The notes beneath the pieces were generated by a model, which saw only the letters and a list, made by a program, of their open reading frames with translations, did no database searches and was not told where the DNA came from. 40,000 nt of DNA from Caldivirga sp. MU80 (GTDB lineage: Archaea; Thermoproteota; Thermoprotei; Thermoproteales; Thermocladiaceae), in NCBI RefSeq assembly GCF_001663375.1, contig NZ_LCTF01000006.1, positions 12,379 through 52,378 of the forward strand, in the 5' to 3' direction. The position numbers were made by a program, and so were the translations under genes. Each line of letters begins with the position of its first letter. Positions within the stretch are counted from its first letter, which is position 1. Shown piece by piece: positions 1 to 8,723 of this stretch.

Positions 1-302
1 ATGAAGTAGGCAAGGGTCTGCTTAAACTACCTAACGTCAAGGAGAGCCCACTCTACATTAAGCTTGGTGATAACATATGGAGGAGGGCTAGGAGGGAACT
101 CGACGTATACACAGGTAATGTGCCTAGCCACCCAGGCCAACACACATACTGCCCTAGGTGCAGCGCGGTGCTTATCAAGAGGTCTGGGGATAGGGTCATT
201 GACGTTAGGTTTAATGGTTTAAAGTGCCCCAGGTGCGGCTATGAGGTTAAGATAAGGGGCTTCATAGGCAAGTACGGTAACCTGTACAGAAGATTCATCT
301 GA
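1..302 (+). CDS. C-terminal fragment of a radical-SAM activating-enzyme-like protein (double CxxC zinc-ribbon tail); 5' end lies outside the window
   Basis: The reading frame of the 120..302 track ORF stays open back to base 3 with no stop, so the track ORF is only the tail of a longer gene: ...RRARRELDVYTGNVPSHPGQHTYCPRCSAVLIKRSG...LKCPRCGYEV. From memory, the pattern Y.GNVP....T.CP.C..LI.R belongs to the C-termini of COG1180 (PflA / AmmeMemoRadiSam-type) proteins. The radical SAM core is not in the window. Confidence 0.45.
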   Translation, partial: EVGKGLLKLPNVKESPLYIKLGDNIWRRARRELDVYTGNVPSHPGQHTYCPRCSAVLIKRSGDRVIDVRFNGLKCPRCGYEVKIRGFIGKYGNLYRRFI

Positions 303-397
303 AAACAGTGAATGTTAACTCCCCTGAAATACCAGTTACAATTCCTCTATCAAGTACTATGTTACCACCAGTATCGTTAAATTGGTTATAACCCCTT

Positions 398-422
398 CCC
401 CACCCTGTAAGGTGGGGTTTTT
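398..422 (+). terminator. Hairpin plus T5 tract about 100 nt downstream of the first gene
   Basis: CCCCACC (398-404) pairs with GGTGGGG (411-417) over a 6-nt loop, followed directly by TTTTT (418-422). Oligo-T tracts act as archaeal termination signals. Confidence 0.35.
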
Positions 423-663
423 CACCGTGGGAGTCTTGGTTGTTGCCCTCTTTGGGGCTACTGAATACCCTGCCTAGTGTTAGTTATAAAATCCACTGCC
501 AATTAAACCTACACAGTGGGGTAACTCAGCCATAAAGAGCGAGATTTATTGTTTGTTTTATCACCGGTTCAAATGGTTCGTATTAATTCGTGGTGGTATG
601 TAATGTAGGTGGGCTATAGTCTCTGTAATGTTTAAATAGCTATAAAGCTGTAGTTACCCACCC

Positions 664-2649
664 ATGAGTGTTTCCATTAGGAGGGTTGCGGTGTTGGGCG
701 CGGGTACCATGGGTCATGGGATTGCTGAGGTCTTTGCGATGGCTGGTTTTGAGGTTAGGCTCATGGACATATCCGATGAGATACTTAAGAATGCGCTTAG
801 TAGAATTAGGGATAGCCTTGAACGGTTGGGTAAGAGGGGTGAGTTGAGGGAGGGTGTCAACTCCATAATGGCTAGGGTAACCACGACAACTAACCTAGCC
901 GCGGCAGTTAGTGATGTTGATCTGCTTGTTGAGGCCGTTCCGGAGAATGCGGAGTTGAAGAGGAGGGTTTTTAGGGAGGCTGATGAGCATGCCCCACCCC
1001 ACGCCATATTCGCCTCAAACACGAGCACAATACCCATAACCGAACTCTCTGAGGCTACCAATAGGGAGAGTAGGTTCATTGGCATGCACTTCATGAATCC
1101 ACCACCGTTGATGAAGCTTGTCGAGGTGGTGAGGGGTAGGTACACCAGCGATGAGACGGTTAACACCGTGGTTCAACTTGTTAAGGCTCTTGGCAAGGAA
1201 CCAGTGGTTGTTAGTAGGGATGTGCCCGGCTTCATAGTTAACAGGGTCCTATTCAGGGTAATCCTCGAGGCCTGTAGGGAGGTGAACCAGGAGGGTGTTA
1301 AGGTTGTTGACTTGGATGCCATGGCTAGGAACGTGCTCGGCCTACCCATGGGCCCCTTCGAGCTCCTCGACTACATAGGCCTAGACACAAGCCTATTCAT
1401 AGTTAAGTCAATGATTGAGAGGGGGTTTAAGGCGCACCCATGCCCATTATTAGAGGACCTTGTTAACAGGGGAAGGCTTGGCGTTAAGTCGGCTGAGGGC
1501 TTCTATAAGTACCCTGCCCCAGGGCAGTACTCAAGGCCAAGGATGATGCCGGACCAGGGCCTTGACCTGGACCCAGTTAGGCTAATGGCGCCAGCCATTA
1601 ACGAGTTGGCTTGGTTAATTAGGGAGGGTGTTGCCACGGTGGATGATGTGGATAAGGCGGTGAAGCTGGGTCTCAACTACCCATGGGGCCTATCGGACTT
1701 CGCCGATGAGGCAGGTATTGATAACATTGTCGACGCCTTAAACAACCTTAGGGAGGTCAGTGGTTGGGGTGAGTATGAACCTGACCAGTTGCTTTTAGAC
1801 TATGTTAAGTCGGGTAGGTTGGGTAGGAGGGTTGGGAGGGGGTTTAGGGATTACCCTGAGGTTGAGGAGAGGAGGCTTGAGGAAATTGTCCTAAGGATTG
1901 ACCCACCGGCAGCCTGGATTGTGCTCAATAAGCCTGACAAGCTCAACACGCTAACACCCAGGATGGCTGATGAAATAGTGAACGCCCTTAGGACCGTTGA
2001 GGAGGATCCGAGGGTTAGGGTCGTGGTCATAACAGGTAGTGGCAGGGCCTTCTCCGCCGGTGCTGACGTGAACCAGTTCCGTGGTGCATCACCAATGCAG
2101 ATGTTCAAGGCGATGAGGCATTACCATTCCATGACCCTGGAGATCGAGTACTACACTAAACCCGTGATAGCGGCGTTAAACGGCTACACCCTAGGTGGTG
2201 GCCTGGAGTTGGCCATGGCCTGCGACCTCAGGATAGCCTCAGATGATGTAGTAATTGGGCAACCCGAGGTTAACCTAGGCCTAATACCGGGCGCTGGGGG
2301 TACGCAGAGGTTGACTAGGTTAGCCGGCCCAGGCGTCAGCAAGGAGATGATACTGATGGGTATTCAGATAGGCGCCAGGAGGGCCCTTGAGTATGGGGTT
2401 GTTAATAGGGTTGTACCTAGGCACACCCTTGAGTATGAGGTTAGGAGGTGGGTCAATGAACTGGCCTCTAAGCCGCCGCTGGCGCTTATGTTGGCTAAGT
2501 ACGCCATTAACTACGGCGCCGAGTCACCCATATGGAGCGCCCTTAATAATGAGGCATCACTGTTCGGGGTAGCTATATCCACTAAGGATGCTCAGGAGGG
2601 TGTAGGGGCATTCCTGGAGAAGAGGAGGCCCAGGTTTACGGGGGAGTAG
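664..2649 (+). CDS. Bifunctional 3-hydroxyacyl-CoA dehydrogenase (N-terminal) / enoyl-CoA hydratase (C-terminal) fusion
   Basis: 661 aa. N-terminal Rossmann motif VAVLGAGTMGHGIA. C-terminal crotonase motifs ITGSGRAFSAGADV and GGGLELAMACDLRIA. Confidence 0.9.
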   Translation: MSVSIRRVAVLGAGTMGHGIAEVFAMAGFEVRLMDISDEILKNALSRIRDSLERLGKRGELREGVNSIMARVTTTTNLAAAVSDVDLLVEAVPENAELKRRVFREADEHAPPHAIFASNTSTIPITELSEATNRESRFIGMHFMNPPPLMKLVEVVRGRYTSDETVNTVVQLVKALGKEPVVVSRDVPGFIVNRVLFRVILEACREVNQEGVKVVDLDAMARNVLGLPMGPFELLDYIGLDTSLFIVKSMIERGFKAHPCPLLEDLVNRGRLGVKSAEGFYKYPAPGQYSRPRMMPDQGLDLDPVRLMAPAINELAWLIREGVATVDDVDKAVKLGLNYPWGLSDFADEAGIDNIVDALNNLREVSGWGEYEPDQLLLDYVKSGRLGRRVGRGFRDYPEVEERRLEEIVLRIDPPAAWIVLNKPDKLNTLTPRMADEIVNALRTVEEDPRVRVVVITGSGRAFSAGADVNQFRGASPMQMFKAMRHYHSMTLEIEYYTKPVIAALNGYTLGGGLELAMACDLRIASDDVVIGQPEVNLGLIPGAGGTQRLTRLAGPGVSKEMILMGIQIGARRALEYGVVNRVVPRHTLEYEVRRWVNELASKPPLALMLAKYAINYGAESPIWSALNNEASLFGVAISTKDAQEGVGAFLEKRRPRFTGE

Positions 2650-2712
2650 CTGCATGCTATCCACGTCGCCGTGGGCTACTATACTTTTATTACCCAATCC
2701 GGCTAGCCTACA

Positions 2713-3930
2713 ATGGACTTCGAGTTGAGTAGGGAGGAGGCCCTGTTTAGGGATTCGGTCAGGGAGGTTGGTGAGCGTTACGTTAAGCCGCATTGGGTTG
2801 AGTTGGATGAGGGTAAGTACCCTATACTTGAGGTTGCCTCTAAGCTGGCTGAGCATGGCTTGGTTGGGTTAACCCTAAGCTCAAGGTATGGCGGCCCAGA
2901 TGGAACATTCCTAATGGCCTCCATAGCCGCCGAGGAGTTGGCATACGCAGACCCAAGCCTAGCAGTACCAGTCTACTTCCTCCTGGAGGCTGCGTGGCCA
3001 TTCATAGTGCAGAGGTACGCCAGGGAAAGCGTCAAGGAGGAGGTTCTACCGAGACTTACAACGGGGGAGGCTTGGGTAGGCATAGCCTCCACGGAACCCC
3101 AGGGGGGTAGTGATGTGGCTGGTGAGAGGACTGAGGCTAGGCTTGTGGATGGTAGGTGGTTATTGACTGGTGAGAAGAACATGGTGACTGGCGTATCAAT
3201 AGCCCTCGCCTTACCCTACGGTGGGGGCTTCGTAACCGTGACCAGGACTGGGCCTGTTGAGGCTAAGCATAGGTCAATAACAACGATGCTGTTCATGGTT
3301 AAGAGGAATGGAACGGTGAATACGGGCTTTGAGACTAGGGATTATGAGGAGTGGGGTAGGAGGGGCATACCCACCAGTTACCTGAGGCTTAACAACGCCC
3401 CAGTCGACCCAGACTTCGTCCTGGGCGATGTTAATGGAGGCTTCAAGGTGGTCATGGAGGGCTTCAATGTAGCCAGGATACTAATCGGCGCAGCGGCCAT
3501 TGGGGCCGCACGTTGGATGCTTGAGCAGAGTAGAGAGTGGATTAGGGGTAGGGTAGTGTTCGGTAAACCAATATCCTCATACCAGTCAGTCAGCTTTAAG
3601 TACGCCGAACTAAGCGCTAGACTTGAGGCCGCTAGGCTGATGGTCTACAAGGCAGCCTGGCTGGTGGACAGGTTCTATAGGGGTGAGGGCTCGGTCTCAA
3701 TAATGGATGTAGCCAATGCAAGCGCCATGGCCAAGATGCTTACCGTGGAGTTAGCAGTGGAGACTGGTCTCGAGGCGGTGAAGTGGTTCGGTGGTGTCAG
3801 CTACTTCAAGGAGACTCCGGTAATGAGGGCACTACTTGGGGTGTTGAGCTACTATGTCGGCGCTGAGGGTACCCAAAACATAATGAGGCTTATAGTGGCT
3901 AGGAGCCTGCTGGGTAGGGAGGTTGAGTAG
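2713..3930 (+). CDS. Acyl-CoA dehydrogenase
   Basis: 405 aa. ACAD signature GIASTEPQGGSDVAG. Sits directly downstream of the dehydrogenase/hydratase fusion. Confidence 0.9.
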   Translation: MDFELSREEALFRDSVREVGERYVKPHWVELDEGKYPILEVASKLAEHGLVGLTLSSRYGGPDGTFLMASIAAEELAYADPSLAVPVYFLLEAAWPFIVQRYARESVKEEVLPRLTTGEAWVGIASTEPQGGSDVAGERTEARLVDGRWLLTGEKNMVTGVSIALALPYGGGFVTVTRTGPVEAKHRSITTMLFMVKRNGTVNTGFETRDYEEWGRRGIPTSYLRLNNAPVDPDFVLGDVNGGFKVVMEGFNVARILIGAAAIGAARWMLEQSREWIRGRVVFGKPISSYQSVSFKYAELSARLEAARLMVYKAAWLVDRFYRGEGSVSIMDVANASAMAKMLTVELAVETGLEAVKWFGGVSYFKETPVMRALLGVLSYYVGAEGTQNIMRLIVARSLLGREVE

Positions 3931-4005
3931 CCTGTGAAAACCGTGTTTGAATTTTAAAGATAAGGAGCATTTAATTGTGCAATGCATTGATAACGCATCA
4001 CAGCC

Positions 4006-4596
4006 TTACTGCTGCCCCGGCTTAGCCTGGGGCTTCTTCTTAGCCTTAAGTGACTCCTCAATCCACTCCAACTTACCTAGGAAGGGCTGCCTCATCGTCA
4101 TTGACACGTTTAACCTGACCCCATTGGCCGTGGACACGTAGCTAACGCCGACTATCCTAGCCCTAACCACATCTCCCCTCCCAACCCTCTTCTGCCTATT
4201 CTTCTCACCCATGAAGACACCACTCTGCCTATCGAAAAGGACAACGTTCTCATCCATAACCTGCGACCTATGCACAAAAGCCGTTAAGGCCCCAACCCTG
4301 ACATGTGCTCCATACTCCTTAACATCAACCACATCACCCTCAACCACCTCGTTGATCAGTGGCACGAAGACTAACGCCTTGAAGGAGACCTTGTGGTATG
4401 TTGCCCCATCACCATACACTATCACGCCCCTCTTATCAACCTTAATATCAAACACAGTTATGAAGACGCCCAGCTCCCTATCCACCCTACCCTCATAACT
4501 GGTCCTCAACTGATCGTAGGCTATCTTCTCAATGGGTTCACTGAAGGCCGACGGGGGAACCCTAATGTAGTCCTCAACGGTAATTACCCTAAACAC
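4006..4596 (-). CDS. rpoE: DNA-directed RNA polymerase subunit E' (Rpo7), S1-domain protein
   Basis: Translation FRVITVEDYIRVPPSAF...EVVEGDVVDVKEYGAHVRVGALTAFVHRSQV matches the Rpo7 N-domain plus S1 fold. The track ORF runs to 4632. However, a minus-strand TTTAAATAAG box (4624-4615) lies inside that extension, about 24 nt upstream of the GTG at 4596, so 4596 is the likelier leaderless start. Confidence 0.8.
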   Translation of the reverse strand: MFRVITVEDYIRVPPSAFSEPIEKIAYDQLRTSYEGRVDRELGVFITVFDIKVDKRGVIVYGDGATYHKVSFKALVFVPLINEVVEGDVVDVKEYGAHVRVGALTAFVHRSQVMDENVVLFDRQSGVFMGEKNRQKRVGRGDVVRARIVGVSYVSTANGVRLNVSMTMRQPFLGKLEWIEESLKAKKKPQAKPGQQ

Positions 4597-4709
4597 ACCC
4601 CTACATTTATTAAGCTTATTTAAACCTTGCACCCTAAGCCGTGATGGGCGTAAAGGCTAATCGCCATCCCAGAAACATTTATTAACCAAATAGCTGCCCA
4701 CCTAGCTTC

Positions 4710-6557
4710 ATGTTCAGCTATACAGGTAAGATAGCCAGGGTTAACTTAACCACGGGTAAAGTTACCATTGAGGAAACCCCCAACTGGCTAATAAACCTCT
4801 TCATAGGGGGTAAGGGGTTCGTCTACGGCATATTGTCAAGGGAGGTTAAGCCGGGGACAAATCCACTGTCAAGTGAAAACAAGATAGTTGTGGCTGCAGG
4901 CGCATTAGCCGGTCTAGCCCCAGCTTCAGCAAAGACCATTGTAGGTGCGGTGAGTCCGTTAAGCGGGTTAATCCACGATACGAGCGTTGGTGAGTGGTTC
5001 TCATACATGCTTAGGGGTGCTGGTTTTGATGCATTGATAATCGAGGGTGCGTCAAGTAGCCCAGTTTACCTGTGGGTTAACAAGGGTAGGGTTGAGGTTA
5101 GGGATGCCTCCAGGATCTGGGGCATGACAACCAGGGAGGCAACTAAGACCGTTAGGGAGGAGACTAATAGGGCAGCCTCAGTCATGGTGATTGGGCCGGC
5201 GGGGGAGAACCTGGTTAAGATATCCAACATAATGGTTGAGGGTGAGAGGGCTGGTGGAAGGGGTGGACTTGGGGCTGTGTTCGGCAGTAAGAAGCTTAAG
5301 GCCATTGCTGCTCACGGCGTGCCTGACATTAAGGTAGCCGACCCAAGGGGCTTCCTAGATGCGGCGCTAGAGATATACAGGAGGTTCCAGACCTCACCCA
5401 ATACCTCCGAGTCCAGGGAGTTTGGCACAACCAATGGCCTAATGTACAGTGGCTCAATAGGCACATCACCAGCCTTCAACTACGGCAGGCCTAAGCTTGA
5501 GGAGGATTTAGCCCGCAGGTTAAGTGGGGCACACTTCAAGGAGCTTGGACTTGAGGTTAATTTCCCCCAGAAGCCCATTAAGATCGTTGGGGCCCTATGC
5601 CCAATCAAATGTTCAAGGTGGTTTAGGGTACCTGGGGAGGAGGACTTCATCAAGCCTGAGTACGAGACGTTAGGCCTAATAGGCTCAGCCACCGGAGTCT
5701 TCGATGAGAGGTACTTCCTTAAGGCTAATAGGCTCGCCAATGACCTAGGGCTAGATGCGATAGGGGTTGGCAACGTGATTGGGTGGGCAATGGAGCTCTA
5801 CGAGAAGGGCCTCATAACTAAGCAGGATACCGAAGGCTTAGAGTTGAGGTTCGGTAATGGAGAGGCCCTGGTTAAGATGATTGAGGACATAGCCTACCAG
5901 AGGGGACTTGGCAAGGTGCTGGCCCAGGGCGTCGCCGATGCAGCCGAGATCCTCAGCAAGGGGGCTGAGTACGCCGTTCACTTCAAGAAGATAGCCCTAC
6001 CTGCATGGTACCCGAATGGCCCATTAAGGGGCCTTGTAATATCCTACCTAACGGCTGATGTTGGGGGTAGCCACCTGAGGGGTTGGCCGCAGATGCATGA
6101 CCCAGATACCCCACTTAAGGATACTGTCGAGTCAATGATTAGGGATAGGGATAGGAAGGTGGCAATGGATTCACTGGGCCTATGTGTGTTCAACCCATAC
6201 TCAGTGGATGACATGGTTAAGTTGTATAACCTGGCCACGGGTAAGAACATTGATGGCAATTACCTCTTAAGGGTTAGCACCAGGATTGACACAATAGCTA
6301 GGATATGGCACATACTCCTCGGTTACATTGACGTTTGGAGCCAAGTCCCGAGGAAGATGATTGTTGATGAGCAGGGTCCGAGGTTCAAGAGGGAAGAGAT
6401 TGAGGAGGCTGTTAAGGAATTCTACAGGTTAAGGGGCTGGAACCCTGAAACTGGGCTGCCAAGCCACGAATACCTGAGGGACCTAGGGCTTGATTGGATG
6501 ATTCCGTATAGGGATGAGGCTGAGAGAGTGCTAAGGCAGCACGGTATTGGTAAGTAA
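4710..6557 (+). CDS. aor: Aldehyde:ferredoxin oxidoreductase (tungstopterin AOR family)
   Basis: 615 aa. N-terminus GKIARVNLTTGKV is typical of the AOR family, and length and overall pattern fit. Confidence 0.88.
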   Translation: MFSYTGKIARVNLTTGKVTIEETPNWLINLFIGGKGFVYGILSREVKPGTNPLSSENKIVVAAGALAGLAPASAKTIVGAVSPLSGLIHDTSVGEWFSYMLRGAGFDALIIEGASSSPVYLWVNKGRVEVRDASRIWGMTTREATKTVREETNRAASVMVIGPAGENLVKISNIMVEGERAGGRGGLGAVFGSKKLKAIAAHGVPDIKVADPRGFLDAALEIYRRFQTSPNTSESREFGTTNGLMYSGSIGTSPAFNYGRPKLEEDLARRLSGAHFKELGLEVNFPQKPIKIVGALCPIKCSRWFRVPGEEDFIKPEYETLGLIGSATGVFDERYFLKANRLANDLGLDAIGVGNVIGWAMELYEKGLITKQDTEGLELRFGNGEALVKMIEDIAYQRGLGKVLAQGVADAAEILSKGAEYAVHFKKIALPAWYPNGPLRGLVISYLTADVGGSHLRGWPQMHDPDTPLKDTVESMIRDRDRKVAMDSLGLCVFNPYSVDDMVKLYNLATGKNIDGNYLLRVSTRIDTIARIWHILLGYIDVWSQVPRKMIVDEQGPRFKREEIEEAVKEFYRLRGWNPETGLPSHEYLRDLGLDWMIPYRDEAERVLRQHGIGK

Positions 6558-7148
6558 GTTTAAACTCATGTAAATGAAGTAGGCCGCAAAACCCATTATT
6601 GCAATGGTTGATGCCAAGTTAACGGCGTACTCATACTTACCCCCAAGGTACCTCTTACCTGCATGTATAGCCAGTGGGTACGTTAATATCCAGGACAGTA
6701 TCCCCGTGAATAAACCGGCAACGCTCATGAGACCCATTATTGACATTAGTGTTAAACCCGCCGACAACCACCAACTAACTTGGTAGGGGTTGGTTAAACC
6801 TAAGGCATAGCCCTTAGCATAATTCTTAAGTAATCCACCCAAGCCACTAATCCTGTTGACACGTGTATTAGTCCTTGGCTTGAGCATTAATAGGGCTAGG
6901 TAAACCATGACCCCACCACCTATGAAGTACATGTACCTTGAGTAAGGCTTAATTAGTTGGTATAGGAAGTAGGTGATTACCATTAATGTAGCATCTGCGG
7001 ACATAGCCCCAGCCCCAACGGCAGTACCATGTATAGGTGACTTCAATGCCTCCGAGGCTATTAGGGCGTTCATTGGGCCTGGTGGTACAGCCAATGATAG
7101 GCCGAGGACTAGGCCAAGGGCGTAGTCATATGTTGCATTAATCATCAA
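6531..7148 (-). CDS. LysE/RhtB-family amino-acid exporter
   Basis: 205 aa polytopic membrane protein with PGPMNALIASEA near the N-terminus. A minus-strand ATTATAAAAA box (7175-7166) lies about 26 nt upstream of the ATG at 7145. The 3' end overlaps the convergent AOR gene by 27 nt. Confidence 0.75.
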   Translation of the reverse strand: MMINATYDYALGLVLGLSLAVPPGPMNALIASEALKSPIHGTAVGAGAMSADATLMVITYFLYQLIKPYSRYMYFIGGGVMVYLALLMLKPRTNTRVNRISGLGGLLKNYAKGYALGLTNPYQVSWWLSAGLTLMSIMGLMSVAGLFTGILSWILTYPLAIHAGKRYLGGKYEYAVNLASTIAIMGFAAYFIYMSLNLLTNTVLP

Positions 7149-7249
7149 CGTTGGGGCTGTTTCGGTTTTTATAATCTTTTGTAGTGTTTATTTTTCGTTG
7201 ATGGTTAATCTCCAGTTAGGTTTTTAACCTAACCTTAGCGCCTTTATTA

Positions 7250-7485
7250 GTGCCCCTGGGGTCCCGAGATCCGCAGAGGCTGGGAGCCGCGGGTGACCGT
7301 TGGGGAGCTGCTGCGGTGAGCGGCCCCAGGGAGACCGTCGAGAAGGAGACGGTGGAGATATCAAGTCTCTACCGTCTCCGGAGAGACGGTAGGTGGTGGA
7401 ATTTAAGCGTTAGTGTTCAAGATCACTAAACCGTTCCTCAGTAGTTCATGGGCTCCCCGCCATCTACTTCTCAACGGCTGTTTTT
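7250..7485 (+). ncRNA. Candidate structured non-coding RNA of about 235 nt, family not recognised
   Basis: GC-rich core in an ORF-free 423-nt gap. TATA-like TTTTTAA at 7221-7227 and a T5 tract at 7481-7485. Nested helices: 7254-7261/7324-7331, 7271-7276/7311-7316, and CGG-GUGA-CCG at 7290-7299. Further hairpins run downstream to 7477. Confidence 0.4.
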
Positions 7486-7571
7486 GCGGATGCCGCCCCT
7501 GTGTTGTGGGAATGTTACTTTGACTGGGTAGGTGTTTAGTAATGATGTTGAGGTTTTTAACACCGGTAGGA

Positions 7572-8717
7572 TTAGTGGAAGATCAGCGGTGTGTATTTCC
7601 TCTCGTACGGGTACTTGCCCAGCATTTCCTCCCTTATACCGAGGCCCACGCCTTCCTTCTTTACAAGGTTTGTTATGTCTATTTCTCCATTTTTCACGGT
7701 GATTTCCTCATCATAGATTTCATTAATCCATACTAATGGCCACTCCACAAGGGCTATGCCATCGATTACGGAGGCAACGTGTAGTGTGTACGTGTGGGTT
7801 AGTATTGATTTATGGGGTCTATGGTGTGGTGCCGCGGGTCTCCCCAATTCATTGATTGCCTTAATAATCTCAATAAACCTAGTTAACCCACCAACCTTCG
7901 ATATGTCAGGTTGGACATAGGCAAGGCCTAACCTAGCTAATTCCTTAAACCTATTCACGTAGTACTCATTCTCCCCAGCAGCTATGGGTACTGGTGATTT
8001 ATCAGCGACTATACCAAGTAGCTCATAGTCATTTGGGGGCCATGTTGGTTCCTCAACCCAGTATGGTTCATACCTATGCACCTTACTTAAGAAATCAAGC
8101 GCCCTTTGGGGGTCATTGAATGCTGCATTTATGTCTAAGGCAACCTTTAAGTCATAACCAAACCTCTCTCTAACAGCCCTAATGGCATCGATTGCGTCGT
8201 CCGGGTGTTGGTGCAACTTGACCATTGTGAAGCCGCTATCCAATGCCTTACCCACAGCCCTAATAACATAATCCACGCTTGAGTACCTTGGGAAGCTCGC
8301 GTAGACAGGAACTTTATCCCTAACCCTGGCGCCAAGCAATTCACTAATTGATTTGCCCAAGTACTTACCCAAGGCATCCCACAGCGCCATCTCAAAGCCA
8401 CCAATGGCTCCAGTAATGACGCCGCAAAGGCCACCTGTGAACAACAGCTTCTCGAGCCCATTAACAAGCCTTTCAATATCATTAATGCCATTGACCCCCT
8501 CATTGATTACTGCCGGCGCTATTACATCATTAATCACCCCTATATAGGCGTCAACTATGCCGCTACCGTAAACCAGCACCTCACCCCAACCAGCAACGTC
8601 ACCAAGGGAAACCTTCACATAGAGTTGCACACCCCAGGAATCCCTGAATACCGTGGGTGGATCATCAACGTAAGGTATGGAAATGGGTATGGATTTTACA
8701 TCCCTAATAATGGGCAT
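7572..8717 (-). CDS. Enolase-superfamily (mandelate racemase/muconate lactonizing) sugar-acid dehydratase-like enzyme
   Basis: 381 aa. Metal-ligand contexts LDINAAF, WVEEP and AAGENE appear in the expected order and spacing. Confidence 0.85.
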   Translation of the reverse strand: MPIIRDVKSIPISIPYVDDPPTVFRDSWGVQLYVKVSLGDVAGWGEVLVYGSGIVDAYIGVINDVIAPAVINEGVNGINDIERLVNGLEKLLFTGGLCGVITGAIGGFEMALWDALGKYLGKSISELLGARVRDKVPVYASFPRYSSVDYVIRAVGKALDSGFTMVKLHQHPDDAIDAIRAVRERFGYDLKVALDINAAFNDPQRALDFLSKVHRYEPYWVEEPTWPPNDYELLGIVADKSPVPIAAGENEYYVNRFKELARLGLAYVQPDISKVGGLTRFIEIIKAINELGRPAAPHHRPHKSILTHTYTLHVASVIDGIALVEWPLVWINEIYDEEITVKNGEIDITNLVKKEGVGLGIREEMLGKYPYERKYTPLIFH

Positions 8718-8723
8718 TTTTAA

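Noticed and set aside
7410-7429. T-arm-like hairpin UUAGUG-UUCAAGAU-CACUAA, suggesting a tRNA or split-tRNA piece.
   Set aside because: The loop is 8 nt rather than 7. There is no G53-C61-type closing geometry, and no complementary acceptor strand or other tRNA arms nearby.
7250-7485. Calling the structured RNA candidate RNase P RNA or SRP RNA.
   Set aside because: I could not find the RNase P CR-I (GNAANNUC-type, e.g. GGAAAGUCC) or CR-V (ACNNNANNNNGNNUA) elements; the closest, ACGGUAGGUGGUGGA at 7386-7400, has one mismatch. I also found no SRP helix-8 GNAR-loop/AGCA motif. The element is also too short for an archaeal SRP RNA. The family is left open rather than asserted.
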